DNA of 64,000 nucleotides from NCBI GenBank assembly GCA_963842755.1, contig CAWJIC010000076.1, positions 2,867 through 66,866 of the forward strand. Reading direction: 5' to 3'. Below, one piece after another: positions 18,771 through 30,585 of this stretch (the stretch's first letter is position 1; every line of letters begins with the position of its first letter). The stretch comes from an uncultured Chloroflexia bacterium (GTDB lineage: Bacteria > Chloroflexota > Limnocylindria > Limnocylindrales > CSP1-4). Made by a program: the position numbers and the translations under genes. The notes beneath the pieces were generated by a model. The model ran no database searches. It was not told the origin of the DNA and saw nothing but the letters and a program-made list of their open reading frames with translations.

Positions 18771-19971
18771 ACCGGGAACCGCGGGGTGAGCTTCTCCAGT
18801 CAAGGCGCCCGGCTCCATTCCCCGCTTCGACGGAAAAGACCATCGGCGTGAGCCCGGTCCGGGCAGGGTACTTGGTCATGACCGCAACGCGCAGGGCATC
18901 GACCGCGCCGGCGTGGACAAGGTTGACCGTGCATCCACCAAACCCGGCGCCGGTCATCCGTGCGCCGACAACGCCGGCCACCCCGTCGGCGATGTCGACG
19001 AGGGCATCAAGCTCAGGCGAACTCACCTCGTACAGTCGTCGGAGCGACTCGTGGCTCGCCCAGAGCGTCTCGCCGATGACTGCCGTGTCGCCCGACTCGA
19101 GCGCTGAGACCATTGTCTGAACACGCTCGTTCTCGCCGATGACATGCTCGGCCCGGCGAGCGACAACGGGATCCAGCCGGTGTCGCTCGGCGGAAAGGAG
19201 GTCGGCGCTCACGTCGCGCAGCGAACGCACCGAGGGGTCGGCTCGAGCCAGCTCGACGACCGCGGCCTCGCACTGCGCCCGGCGCAGGTTGTACTCGGAG
19301 CCGCCGAGTCGCCGAGGAGAGCCGGTATGGCAGATGACGATCGCGATCTCGTCCGGCAGGGCCACCGCTCGCCACTCAAGGGAGCGACAGTCAAGAAGCA
19401 ATGCGTGACCAGCGATGCCGCAGGCTTCGGCGAATTGGTCCATCAAGCCCGAGTGGACACCGACATACTCGTTCTCCGCCCGTTGGCAGATCCGGGCGAG
19501 TCTCAAGGCGTCGATCTCGGTCGCCCGCCGATCGAGCAGCGCCCAAGCCGACACGAGCTCGATCGCCGCCGAGGACGATAGCCCGGCGTTCTCCGGGAGA
19601 CTCGAGCCGATGACTCCGCGAAGCCCGCCCGTCGGTAGCCCGGCCTCGGTCAGTGCGCTCGCCGTCCCGGCGACATAGTCGAGCCACGTGCCATCGGCGG
19701 CTCGCGCATCGTCGAGTTCGAAGGCGCACCGTTCGCCGGTGTCGAGACGGGTCAGCGAGACTCGTCCATCGTCGGCTGGGACGTACGCGATCCGGATCTC
19801 ACGATCGATCGCCATCGGCAGAACGAGGCCCTGGTTGTAGTCGGTGTGCTCACCGATGAGGTTGACCCGTCCCGGCGCGCGGACGATCCGGATAGCGTCC
19901 CGCCCGGCGGCCGAGGGTTCGCGCGCGATCAAAGCCGCAGCGAGGTCCTCGGGTTCGATGGAACTGGTCAC
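18733..19971 (-). CDS. galK: galactokinase
   Basis: GRVNLIGEHTDYN signature, GLSSSAA, GAGFGGC. GTG start at 19971. The last ~22 aa (WRSSPRGSRSWRRYSAQPRRR) are non-homologous read-through into the IS256 remnant. Confidence 0.85.
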   Translation of the reverse strand: MTSSIEPEDLAAALIAREPSAAGRDAIRIVRAPGRVNLIGEHTDYNQGLVLPMAIDREIRIAYVPADDGRVSLTRLDTGERCAFELDDARAADGTWLDYVAGTASALTEAGLPTGGLRGVIGSSLPENAGLSSSAAIELVSAWALLDRRATEIDALRLARICQRAENEYVGVHSGLMDQFAEACGIAGHALLLDCRSLEWRAVALPDEIAIVICHTGSPRRLGGSEYNLRRAQCEAAVVELARADPSVRSLRDVSADLLSAERHRLDPVVARRAEHVIGENERVQTMVSALESGDTAVIGETLWASHESLRRLYEVSSPELDALVDIADGVAGVVGARMTGAGFGGCTVNLVHAGAVDALRVAVMTKYPARTGLTPMVFSVEAGNGAGRLDWRSSPRGSRSWRRYSAQPRRR

Positions 19972-20104
19972 CGATGGCCGCCAGCGCGTCCGGCTCGCCG
20001 ATCCACCGCGGGGATCGGGCGTGCGTCCGCGGCCGTCGTCGGGCTTGCGCGGCCTTGGCACCGAGCCTGGCGGACGAGGATGAATGCCACGCGATCGCCC
20101 TTGC

Positions 20105-21259
20105 TCAATGGTCGGTCGGGAGACCTGCGTCGCGTGACTCCGGCGCTGGCAGCGCCTCGGAGGACCGGTCGATTCGTCCTGCAACCGGATGAGGTTCGCC
20201 GGCCGGGGTGGCGTCCAGGGCGTCCGCGTAGTGTCGCTCAGGAAGGTCTCGCAGTCGCTCCGCGGCCTGCTCCGGCGTGAGGTCGCGCTGGGCTTCCGCG
20301 AGGAGCTCGTAGCCGACCATGAACTTGCGCACGGTCGTCGAGCGCAAGAGGGGCGGATAGAAGTGGGCGTGGAGCTGCCAGTGGTCTGGAGCGTGGTCGT
20401 CGAACGGCGCCTGGTGCCAGCCCATCGAATAGGGAAAGGGGTGCTGGAAGAGGTTGTCGTACCGCGTCAGGAGAGCGATGAGGGCCGCGGCAAGGCTGTC
20501 GCGCGTGTCTGACGCAAGGTCCGAAAGCCGGGCCGCGGGCCGCTTCGGAACCATCATCGTCTCGAACGGCCAGGCAGCCCAGAAGGGCACAACGACGAGC
20601 CAGTCGTCGTCCTCCACGACGATCCGCGGCCCGCCCGACTCCTGTGTGACGTAGTCCAGGAGCAACCGCTGGCCGGTCCTTGCATAGTGGCTTCGCTGAC
20701 CCGCATCCTCTCTGGCAGCCTCCCGTGGCATCGCGGAGCCGGCCCAGATCTGACCGTGCGGGTGTGGGTTGGATGCCCCCATTGCAGCACCTCGGTTCTC
20801 GAACACTTGGACCCACCGATACGTCGCGCCGAGCTCGGCGGTCTGGTCCGCCCACAGGTCGATGACGTCACGGAGGGCTGCCCGGTCCAGCCGCGCCATC
20901 GTCAGGTCGTGGCGAGGGGTGAAGCAGATGACGCGGCACGTCCCGCGCTCGCCCTCCGCGACGAGGAGACCATCCTCGACCCGCTCCGGTCTGGTGTCCG
21001 GTCGCAGGGCGGCGAAGTCGTTCGTGAAGACGAACGTCCGCTCGTAGCTCGGGTTCCTGCCCCCGCCGGCTCGTGCATTGCCCGGGCAGAGATAGCAGTC
21101 CGGGTCGTAGGCCGGTCGATCCTCCAGGACGGGCGCGAGCTGATCGCCCTGCCAAGGCCGCCTTGTCCGTTCAGCCGACACGAGGACCCACTCGTCGGTG
21201 AGTGGGTTGTAGCGTCGGTGCGGCGCCGACAGGACATCGCCGACGGCGGTCTGAGTCAT
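20105..21259 (-). CDS. galT: galactose-1-phosphate uridylyltransferase
   Basis: HPHGQ active-site motif ([11 protein letters not shown]), CYLCPGN zinc site, 384 aa. It lies upstream of galK on the same strand. Confidence 0.9.
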   Translation of the reverse strand: MTQTAVGDVLSAPHRRYNPLTDEWVLVSAERTRRPWQGDQLAPVLEDRPAYDPDCYLCPGNARAGGGRNPSYERTFVFTNDFAALRPDTRPERVEDGLLVAEGERGTCRVICFTPRHDLTMARLDRAALRDVIDLWADQTAELGATYRWVQVFENRGAAMGASNPHPHGQIWAGSAMPREAAREDAGQRSHYARTGQRLLLDYVTQESGGPRIVVEDDDWLVVVPFWAAWPFETMMVPKRPAARLSDLASDTRDSLAAALIALLTRYDNLFQHPFPYSMGWHQAPFDDHAPDHWQLHAHFYPPLLRSTTVRKFMVGYELLAEAQRDLTPEQAAERLRDLPERHYADALDATPAGEPHPVAGRIDRSSEALPAPESRDAGLPTDH

Positions 21260-21295
21260 CTAACTCGCCCTCGTGGTTAACTGCTGCGATGGGCC

Positions 21296-21490
21296 TCACA
21301 CTCGCAGCCACAAGCCCTTGGTGCCGCTGATGCCAAGCTCCTTGACAACGTCGCACGTGGCTCCGGCGCTCGCGACGGCGGAAGTCAGCTCCGCGATCTG
21401 AGAGTCGACCGGGAGTTCGTCGTCCGCCTGATGGGCCGTGGAGTCCCGGACGTAGATGATGCCGTGTTAGCCGGGCGGAAGGTTGATCAT
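21296..21490 (-). pseudogene. serine recombinase (resolvase/invertase) N-terminal fragment with in-frame stop
   Basis: MINLPPG-stop-HGIIYVRDSTAHQADDELPVDSQIAELTSAVASAGATCDVVKELGISGTKG resembles the resolvase catalytic N-terminus (YxRxST..Q...Q...SG). It is truncated after ~57 codons. Confidence 0.5.
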
Positions 21491-21534
21491 GACAGACCGA
21501 ATCGTAACGGATGCTCGCAGCTACGATGCTCGGT

Positions 21535-22610
21535 ATGGCCAATCATCCCGCGCCTCCGTTGGCTGTCAGTGAGTCCGAAGCTGAAGCTCTCCGGGCGATG
21601 GCCCGGGCGGGCACGACCGAGCAGCGCACGGCGCTGCGCGCGAAGATCATCCTGCGGGCGGCCGAGGGGGTCGCCAACGTCGCCATCGCCACCGAACTCG
21701 GCGTCTCGGTCCCGACCGTTGGCTTGTGGCGGACCCGTTTCAAGGAACGCGGCCTGGCCGGTCTCGCCGATGGCACCCCGGACCGGCCGGCCGGCGATCT
21801 AGGGCCGGGAGATCCGGGAGCGGGTCCTCGCCACGACCCTGACCCCACCGGAGGGAGCGACCCACTGGAGCACCCGCCGCCTGGCCAAGGCGGTCGGGGT
21901 CAGCCCGAACACGATCCTGCGGATCTGGCGCGAGGGCCGACTCAAGCCGCACCGGACCGAGACGTTCAAGTTCAGCCGTGATCCCGAGCTGGTGGCGAAG
22001 GTGACCGACGTCGTCGGGCTGTACCTTGCCCCGCCCGAACGGGCGGTCGTCCTGTCGGTCGACGAGAAGACCCAGATCCAGGCGCTCGATCGGACCCAGC
22101 CGATGCTGCCGATGAAGCCCGGGCAGGTCGAGCGTCACACTCACGACTACAAGCGCAACGGCACGCTCGTGCTCTCGGCCGCCCTCGAGATCGCGACCGG
22201 CGAGGTGACGACTCAGACCTCGGCCCGCCACCGCGCCGACGGAGTTCCTCGACTTTCTCAACCTGCTCGTTCGGACGTACCCGCGGAGGGGCTCCACCTC
22301 GTCCTCGACAACGTGAGCACCCACAAGACGCCGGAGATCTGCGCTGGCTCGGCCGCCACAAGCGCTTCCACTTCCACTTCACCCCGATGTCCGCGTCCTG
22401 GATGAACCAGGTAATGGTTCAGCATCCTGAGCCGCCAAGCGATTCGTCGCGGCTCCTTCGAGAGCGTCCGTGCCCTCGTCGCCGCGATCGAGCGCTTCAC
22501 CCGGGAATGGGGCGCCTCACCTTTCAAGTGGGTCAAGACCGCCGACGAGATCCTCGCCAAGGCCGTGCGCAAGGCGCAAGCGACTTCGGGCGCGGTTCAT
22601 CAGTCGAGCC
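21535..22610 (+). mobile_element. IS630-family transposase gene, degenerate (at least 5 frame disruptions and an in-frame TAG near 21800)
   Basis: Pieces lie in three frames: HTH N-terminus (TEQRTALRAKIILRAAEG, PTVGLWRTRFKERGLAGL), THWSTRRLAKAVGVSPNTILRIWRE, VLSVDEKTQIQALDR, HLVLDNVSTHKTPEI, FHFHFTPMSASWMNQV and PFKWVKTADEILAKA. Ends were not defined. Confidence 0.75.
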
Positions 22611-22712
22611 TTCGACTAACTGCGCCCCGCTCGCACCGGTCGATCTTGTCGGTCGCACGCGGGCTTGGCACGAGGCGATCGGATACCTCACCGCCTCCTG
22701 GAGGATCAGACG

Positions 22713-23480
22713 ATGACCGGAGCGAGCAGGGAGCTTTCAGGCAAGCGCACGCTCGTTGTCGGGGCGAGCCGTGGGATCGGTGCCGCGATCGCCCACGCAT
22801 TTGCTGCAGCGGGCGCGCATGTCGTACTCGCGGGCCGCTCTCGGGAGGGCCTCGATGCGGCCGCAAGAAGCATCCAGGCGGGTGGTGGGAACGCGTCGGC
22901 GATCATGATCAACCTGCAGGAGGAACGCTCGGTCGACACCGGGTTCGATACGGCCGCCGCCGGACTCGGAGGTCTCGATGTCGTGGTCAACTGCGGCGGG
23001 ATCAGCCCGATCTACAAGCGCGTCGGCCAGGTAACGGTGGATGAATGGGATCAGATCTTCGCCACCAACGCGCGCGGCGCCTTTCTGGTGGCCCGAGCAG
23101 CGGGAAGGCATCTACTGGATCAGGGTTCAGGTGCGCTGCTGTTCATCACCAGCATCTATGAGCAAGTCGGGGGCGAGCGACTCAGCGCCTATGCCGCGTC
23201 GAAGGGCGCTGTCCGTCAACTCGCACGATCACTCGCGATCGAGTGGGCTCCCCACGGCGTGCGGGTGAACTGCATCGCCCCGGCCTACGTCGAAACGGCG
23301 ATGACGGACGGTCTCCGACGGAATGAGCACTTGCGTGACAGCCTTATCGCGAGGATCCCGATCGGCCGCTTCGGGACGCCGGACGAGGTGTCCGGAGCGG
23401 CAGTCTATCTTGCGTCGGACGCAGCTGCGTATATAACAGGAACAACCCTATTCATCGACGGCGGCTGGACAGCGCGGTGA
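22713..23480 (+). CDS. SDR-family oxidoreductase
   Basis: ATG follows GGAGGA. Cofactor motif VVGASRGIGAAIA, catalytic motif YAASKGAV, 255 aa. Confidence 0.85.
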   Translation: MTGASRELSGKRTLVVGASRGIGAAIAHAFAAAGAHVVLAGRSREGLDAAARSIQAGGGNASAIMINLQEERSVDTGFDTAAAGLGGLDVVVNCGGISPIYKRVGQVTVDEWDQIFATNARGAFLVARAAGRHLLDQGSGALLFITSIYEQVGGERLSAYAASKGAVRQLARSLAIEWAPHGVRVNCIAPAYVETAMTDGLRRNEHLRDSLIARIPIGRFGTPDEVSGAAVYLASDAAAYITGTTLFIDGGWTAR

Positions 23481-23497
23481 GCACGGTCGACCACGCG

Positions 23498-23509
23498 CTA
23501 GCTAGCTAG
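23498..23509. repeat. (CTAG)3 tetranucleotide repeat
   Basis: CTAGCTAGCTAG read directly from the sequence. It places a TAG in all three frames on both strands, 18 nt after the SDR stop. Confidence 0.95.
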
Positions 23510-23596
23510 GTGGGTGCACATCAAGGGCGGCACGTCCGACGCCCTCGAGGTCGTGCTTGCGACGGGAGCCACGCGGCGGCTGCCGCCAATGACCGT

Positions 23597-23633
<37 letters not shown>

Positions 23634-23706
23634 CGTTCCTGCAGCCTTCGTAACCCCGTCGCGGAACGGTCCCGAAGCCGGCGCGCGCTGAGCGAGGGTC
23701 CGGCGG

Positions 23707-24690
23707 CTACCAGCGCTGGTGGACCAGCGGTTTGACGCGTTCCTCGTAGAGGCGGGCGATCCGCTCCATCGCCGCAGGCGGCAGCGGGTCGAGGTCCGCG
23801 GCGGCAGCATTCGCGCGGGCCTGCTCGGGCGTCTTTGCTCCTGGGATGGCGGCCGTCACAGCATCGGACATGAGGATCCAACGCAGCGCCATCTGAGCCA
23901 GTGTGGCGCCGGTCGGGACGAGCGAGCGCAGCTCGTCGACGACCGCGAGGCCCGTCTCGTAATCGACTCCGGCGAACGTCTCGCCCACGTCGAAGGCCTC
24001 GCCGTGCCGGTTGAAGTCGCGGTGGTCCGATCCGTCGAAAACCGTCTCCTTCGTCAGCTTGCCGGTGAGGAGGCCGGATGCGAGGGGAACCCGGGCGAGG
24101 ACGCCGATGTCGCGACGGGCCGCCTCGGCCAGAAAGCGTTCCGCCGGCCGCTGCCGGACGATGTTGTAGATGATCTGCACCGAGGCGACGCCCGGGAACT
24201 CGATGGCCTTGAGCCCCTCCTCGACGCGCTCCACGCTCACGCCGTAGCTGGCGATCGCGCCCGCCGACACGAGGTCATCGAGCGCCGCGAAGATCTCCGG
24301 GCGGTAGTAGATGGTCGTCGGGAGGCAGTGGAGCTGCACGAGGTCGAGGCGATCGACGCCCAGGTTGTCGCGGCTCCGGTCGACCCAGCCGCGGAAGGCC
24401 TCCGGAGTGTACTGAGCCAGATCCAGAGGCACGCGACGGCCCATCTTCGTCGCGACGAAGAGCGACTCGCCGCTCCGCTCCCGGAGGAACTGCCCGATCA
24501 ACCGCTCGCTCCGACCGTCCCCGTAGACGTCCGCGGTGTCGAAGAGCGTCACGCGCGCATCGGCGGCCGCGTGGAGTGCACGAAGGCTGTTGGCATCGTC
24601 CACGGTGCCCCAGTCGCCGCCGATCGCCCACGCGCCGAAGCCGATCGCGCTAACCATGCGCTGGGTCTTCCCGAGCCTTCGGTACTCCAC
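23707..24690 (-). CDS. aldo/keto reductase
   Basis: GTG at 24690 follows AGGAGGA (VEYRRLGKT...). AKR motifs GFGAWAIGGDWG and LFDTADVYGDGRSE. 327 aa. Confidence 0.85.
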   Translation of the reverse strand: MEYRRLGKTQRMVSAIGFGAWAIGGDWGTVDDANSLRALHAAADARVTLFDTADVYGDGRSERLIGQFLRERSGESLFVATKMGRRVPLDLAQYTPEAFRGWVDRSRDNLGVDRLDLVQLHCLPTTIYYRPEIFAALDDLVSAGAIASYGVSVERVEEGLKAIEFPGVASVQIIYNIVRQRPAERFLAEAARRDIGVLARVPLASGLLTGKLTKETVFDGSDHRDFNRHGEAFDVGETFAGVDYETGLAVVDELRSLVPTGATLAQMALRWILMSDAVTAAIPGAKTPEQARANAAAADLDPLPPAAMERIARLYEERVKPLVHQRW

Positions 24691-24814
24691 GTTCGGTTTC
24701 CTCCTGGGTAGCGGTCGAAGCAAGGATAGGGCCCGAGCCACGGTTGCATCCGAAGCGCGCCACCAACCCGATCGTTCAGGCTCCTGACGCCATCGCGGAC
24801 AGCACTTGCGGCGC

Positions 24815-25489
24815 TCAGAGTGGCGGCGCCTGATCGATCGAAGGCTGGAAGCCCGTGCTGGTGGGTGTTCGACCGGTCACCGCGGCCAGCGTGAGTGCAC
24901 CGAGGAGCAGAACTGCCTCGACCAGGCCACCACCCGTCGTCAGCACGCCGCTGTCGAATCCGCTCGCGAAGGCCTGGCCGCCGGGGACGAGGACGGCCTG
25001 ACCGCCGCACGGGATCACGGTGTACGTCGGATCGGTGGGAGAACCCGTCGCCTGCCAGCAGCGCCCTTCCGTCATGACGAGGAGAGCGATGGCCGCGCTC
25101 ACGACGAGCAGCACGGCTGCCGTGGCGATGACCGCTTCTGAGCGGTGTCGCGTGGGCAGGGCTTGGATTCGCGACCCGAGCAGGATCAGCAGGACACCAG
25201 GAACCGCGAACTCGATCGTGGCGACCGACAAGATCGTGCCGACGAGGCAGAGCACGCCCGCCGCAACGACGATCGCCGGCCGGCGCTGCAACGCCCCGAT
25301 GATCGCGAGGAGTCCCATCGTTGCGTAGACAGCAGGGATCGCGAGTGCGCGCGGCACGTCCTCGGGCGGGCGCAAGTCGCGAGGCTGGTATTGGATGAAG
25401 ACGCCAAGCGCGACCGCCAGCCCGAGAACCACGACGCCCACCATCACGGCGAGTCTCCGCGCCTGGTCACGCCCGCCGGTGGTGCTCAT
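24815..25489 (-). CDS. hypothetical integral membrane protein
   Basis: 224-aa ORF with about 6 hydrophobic helices and coding-like codon usage. No family was recognised. Confidence 0.55.
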   Translation of the reverse strand: MSTTGGRDQARRLAVMVGVVVLGLAVALGVFIQYQPRDLRPPEDVPRALAIPAVYATMGLLAIIGALQRRPAIVVAAGVLCLVGTILSVATIEFAVPGVLLILLGSRIQALPTRHRSEAVIATAAVLLVVSAAIALLVMTEGRCWQATGSPTDPTYTVIPCGGQAVLVPGGQAFASGFDSGVLTTGGGLVEAVLLLGALTLAAVTGRTPTSTGFQPSIDQAPPL

Positions 25490-25539
25490 GCGCCGAGTAT
25501 GGCGGGCACTGCTTCGCGAGGGTCTGTCGACACCATGGC

Positions 25540-25896
25540 TCAGCCCGGGAACGACTCGAGCGGCACGTCCCAGTGCCCATCCAGGATGGTGAAGCGCCGT
25601 CGCTCATCCTCGCGGTAGCGGGCCTGGTCGGGGAAGAGCCGCTCGATGATCTCCTTGTCGGAGTGCTCTTCCATCGCCGCCCAGTCGCGGTAGACGATCG
25701 TGACCATCACGTCCCAGTCGGCCCGGCCGTCGCCGTGGAAGCGCGGCACCTGGACCCGAACGTCGAGCATCCGACCGCTCTTCACCTGCTCGTGGAGGAC
25801 GGGCAGATGGTTGCGGGTGAAGAGCTCCAGGAATTCGTCGTGGTGCCCCCACTTCGTCCGGTAGAAGTAGACGACCTCGACTGGTCGATCGGCCAT
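25540..25896 (-). CDS. hypothetical protein
   Basis: ATG at 25896 (MADRPVEVVYFYRTKWGHHDEFLELF...). 118 aa, soluble. No family could be assigned with confidence. Confidence 0.5.
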   Translation of the reverse strand: MADRPVEVVYFYRTKWGHHDEFLELFTRNHLPVLHEQVKSGRMLDVRVQVPRFHGDGRADWDVMVTIVYRDWAAMEEHSDKEIIERLFPDQARYREDERRRFTILDGHWDVPLESFPG

Positions 25897-25970
25897 CGGA
25901 TGTCTCCTGTCCTCGAGGGTGGGCTGTCCCCCGCTCATTGTCCCCGCGTGCGCGTGTTCGGGGCGCCTCC

Positions 25971-26822
25971 TCAGGACACGCGCCGGACCTCGTAGCCGCC
26001 GCTCTCAGTTCGGCGGACCTCGTAGGCTGGCTGGTCGTAGACAGTCGGTCCGCGCCGCCGGCGGCCGTCAGCGAGCTGGAAACGCGAGCCGTGCCAAGGG
26101 CACTCGACGCAGCCGTCGACGATCGTCCCCCCGCTCAGCGGTCCGCCCGCGTGGGCGCACTGGTCGTGGAGGGCATGGATCGCCTCGCCCTGCCGGACCA
26201 GAACGAGGCTCTGGATGCCGACCTTCGCCTTGACCGGCGTCCCTTCGGGGATCTCGCCGATCTCGAGTGGCTGCCACGTTGCCCCGGCCGGGCGCCAGGC
26301 GTGGCGGTCGACCATGTTGCCGAGGGCATAGGCGACGTCGCCCCCGACGAACGCGCCTCCGGCCAGGACGAGGTAGGCGACGATCGACAGTACCACCGGC
26401 ATCGTCCGGTCCGGTGCCCCACCGGCGCGGAGCACGAGCGAGGCGAGGTAGAGGACCAGCGCCGCGACCATCAGGGCGCTGTGGACGGTGGCCCGTACCC
26501 GGGCCTTGCCGTCGGTGACCGAGTAGTCGGCGTACCCGGCGGCCGCGGCCGCGAACATCGTCAACACTCCGAAGACGAGCGCGACGTCGGCCGCGACCTG
26601 CTGCCCCAGCAGGTCGAAGACGATGACCAGCGTCAGCGCCCCAATCGGGACGTCGGTCAGCACCGAGTGGAGCGGGTGCCCGAGCCATGTCCCGTTGAGC
26701 AGGTCGCGGAGAGGCAGGATCCGCCCGAAGATCGCGCCGACGACCCCATGGACCCGGTCGCCGAGCGGCTTGGCCCAGCGCTCCTGGGCATCGATGGCGC
26801 GGGTGAGGACGCGAGCGAACAT
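25971..26822 (-). CDS. membrane protein with C-terminal Rieske [2Fe-2S] domain
   Basis: The N-terminal ~150 aa carry 4 TM helices (DUF2231-like). The C-terminus carries CAHAGGPLSGG...CPWHGSRF, i.e. CxH...CxxH. Confidence 0.75.
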   Translation of the reverse strand: MFARVLTRAIDAQERWAKPLGDRVHGVVGAIFGRILPLRDLLNGTWLGHPLHSVLTDVPIGALTLVIVFDLLGQQVAADVALVFGVLTMFAAAAAGYADYSVTDGKARVRATVHSALMVAALVLYLASLVLRAGGAPDRTMPVVLSIVAYLVLAGGAFVGGDVAYALGNMVDRHAWRPAGATWQPLEIGEIPEGTPVKAKVGIQSLVLVRQGEAIHALHDQCAHAGGPLSGGTIVDGCVECPWHGSRFQLADGRRRRGPTVYDQPAYEVRRTESGGYEVRRVS

Positions 26823-26975
26823 CGGACGGCACCTCCAAGGGCGTGAGGTGCTCGATGGTACGCTCGCGCTGTCGCCGGTACACAGCAGCGATCACGGTCT
26901 CGGCCGCGCCGTGCGGCACCCGCCAGGCCTGGGGGCGCCTGCCCTGCGGCAGCATGGCCGGTGCGGCCCGGGCGC

Positions 26976-28517
<1,542 letters not shown>

Positions 28518-28793
28518 CGTGGTCCTCCGGCGGATCGGGCGAGGAGACGCATCGGCCCGCAGCCGATGGCATCTCGACGGTCGGCCCGTCCGCAACGAAA
28601 CGAGAGCAACGCCCGTCCACGGTATACCTTCAAGCAGGACATCCAGCTAACACGCATGCCGGGTGGCAGCTCGTGTCGCCGGTCCTGGCATGCGCCGGTG
28701 TGACGGTCGTGCAGGCGCACCGAAAGGCAGCCACTGCGGCGCACGGGCCAGCGGCTCGGGAAGCGCCAGCCCGCCGCGGGCTCGCTGTGCGGC

Positions 28794-29579
28794 CTATTCC
28801 TGCCGATTGAAGGCGACGATGGCGCCGCCGAGCAGGATCGCGCTCAGTCCGCCGACCATGATGACCTCCTCGACGATGGTCATGGTGTGCCCGAACACCG
28901 CGACGCCCAAGCCCGCGTTGCTGCCGATGAAGAGCTGGCGGATCGCGTCGACGCCGTAGGTCAGCGGATTGACCTTCGAGATGACCTCCATCCACGGCGG
29001 AACGGAATTCACCGGGAAGAACACGCCGGCCAGGAAGATCAGCGGGAAGATCAGGATCTGGATGAGGACCTGGAAGCCCTGCTGACTGGTCATGAACGAG
29101 GCGATCAGGATCCCCAGGCCGGACAGGCCCAGCGAGAGGATCACGACGATCGGGATGAGCTGGACCACCAGGCCAAGGCTGAGCGAGACGCCCAGGAACG
29201 GCGCCAGCACCAGCATGATCAGCGCTTGGAGGAGGGCGACCATGGTCGCTCCGATCGCCTTGCCCAGCACGATCCCGGTCCGGCCGATCGGCGCGACGAG
29301 GATCTCCTTGAGGAAGCCGAACTCGCGATCCCAGACCACCGAGATGCCGGCGAACAACGAGCTCGTCAGCACGGTCATCGCGATGATGCCAGGATACATG
29401 AACTGGATGAAGTTGACGCCGCGGGCGAGCTGGCCGATCACGTTGGAGAAGCCAGCTCCGAAGATCACCAGGAACAGGAGCGGCATCGCGAAGCTCGACA
29501 GCATGCGCGAGCGTTCGCTCACGAAGCGCAGGATCTCGCGATAGGCGACGACCCAGGTTCCGCGCCAGATCTCGGCCAT
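28794..29579 (-). CDS. ABC-2-type exporter permease
   Basis: MAEIWRGTWVVAYREILRF..., six TM segments and a conserved NPLTYGVDAIR tail. It lies downstream of the ABC ATPase. Confidence 0.8.
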   Translation of the reverse strand: MAEIWRGTWVVAYREILRFVSERSRMLSSFAMPLLFLVIFGAGFSNVIGQLARGVNFIQFMYPGIIAMTVLTSSLFAGISVVWDREFGFLKEILVAPIGRTGIVLGKAIGATMVALLQALIMLVLAPFLGVSLSLGLVVQLIPIVVILSLGLSGLGILIASFMTSQQGFQVLIQILIFPLIFLAGVFFPVNSVPPWMEVISKVNPLTYGVDAIRQLFIGSNAGLGVAVFGHTMTIVEEVIMVGGLSAILLGGAIVAFNRQE

Positions 29580-29613
29580 CAGCGGAACTCCTCGACTGCT
29601 GCGCTCATGCTGC

Positions 29614-30585
29614 TCAGTGGCCCATCCGCCGCGCACCGTGGAGCAGCATCTCCTTGGCATCGAGCTCCGAGTCCCGGATCTCGCGGCCGGTGAGCGTGAG
29701 GAAGACGTCGTCCAGCGTCGGGCGCTGCAGGCTGACCGACAGGAGATGCTCCGGAAACGTCCGGACGAACTCCGGCAGGAACGTGTCGCCTGAGGTGACG
29801 TGGAAGCGCACCGTCCCGTTCTGGATGCTCGGCTCCACGTGGTAGCGGGCCCTGACCTCGGCCGCCGCCTTCTCGTTGTCGGCGGTGGAGAACATGATCA
29901 GATCGCCTCCAACCGCGCCTTTGAGGCCATCCGGCGTATCGAGCGCGATGATCGTGCCACGGTCGATGATCGCGATCCGGCCGCAGTTCTCGGCCTCGTC
30001 GAGGTACTGGGTCGTGAGGAAGATCGTCAGGTTCTCCTGGTCGCGCAGCCGGAGCAGGTAGTCCCAGATGTGGCGCCGCGTCTGCGGGTCCAGCCCGAGC
30101 GTCGGCTCGTCGAGGAAGAGGACACGCGGGTGGTGGAGCAGGCCGCGCGCGATCTCGAGCCGCCGCTTCATCCCGCCCGAGAAGGTCCGGACGCTGCCCT
30201 TGCGGCGGTCCCACAGCTCGACCATCGTGAGCAGCTCGCGGATGCGCGGTTCCCGGACGTCCGAGGGGACGTTGTAGGCGTAGGCGTGGAACCGAAGGTT
30301 CTGCTCGGCGCTCAGGTACTCATCCACGGTCGGCTGCTGGAAGACGAGCCCGATCGAGCGGCGGACCTCGCTGCGCTGATGGACGACGTCGAAGCCGTTG
30401 ACGCTCGCGGTGCCACTCGTCGGGCGGAGCAGGGTGCACAGCATGTTGATCGTCGTGGTCTTGCCGGCTCCGTTCGGCCCCAGGAAGCCGAACATCTCGC
30501 CCTCGGCGACCTCGAAGGAGACGCCCTTGACGGCCTGAAGCTGTCCGAAGTTCCTGGACAGGCTCCGGACCTCGATCATGTTCAT
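29614..30585 (-). CDS. ABC transporter ATP-binding protein (DrrA-like)
   Basis: Walker A GPNGAGKTT, signature FSGGMKRRLE, Walker B VLFLDEPT. ATGA overlap with the marR stop. Confidence 0.9.
   Translation of the reverse strand: MNMIEVRSLSRNFGQLQAVKGVSFEVAEGEMFGFLGPNGAGKTTTINMLCTLLRPTSGTASVNGFDVVHQRSEVRRSIGLVFQQPTVDEYLSAEQNLRFHAYAYNVPSDVREPRIRELLTMVELWDRRKGSVRTFSGGMKRRLEIARGLLHHPRVLFLDEPTLGLDPQTRRHIWDYLLRLRDQENLTIFLTTQYLDEAENCGRIAIIDRGTIIALDTPDGLKGAVGGDLIMFSTADNEKAAAEVRARYHVEPSIQNGTVRFHVTSGDTFLPEFVRTFPEHLLSVSLQRPTLDDVFLTLTGREIRDSELDAKEMLLHGARRMGH

Noticed and set aside
21535-22610. Programmed -1 ribosomal frameshift in the IS630 transposase
   Set aside because: There are at least five separate frame disruptions plus an in-frame TAG and loss of the native stop. 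One programmed site cannot explain this. A degenerate copy and/or sequence errors are more likely.
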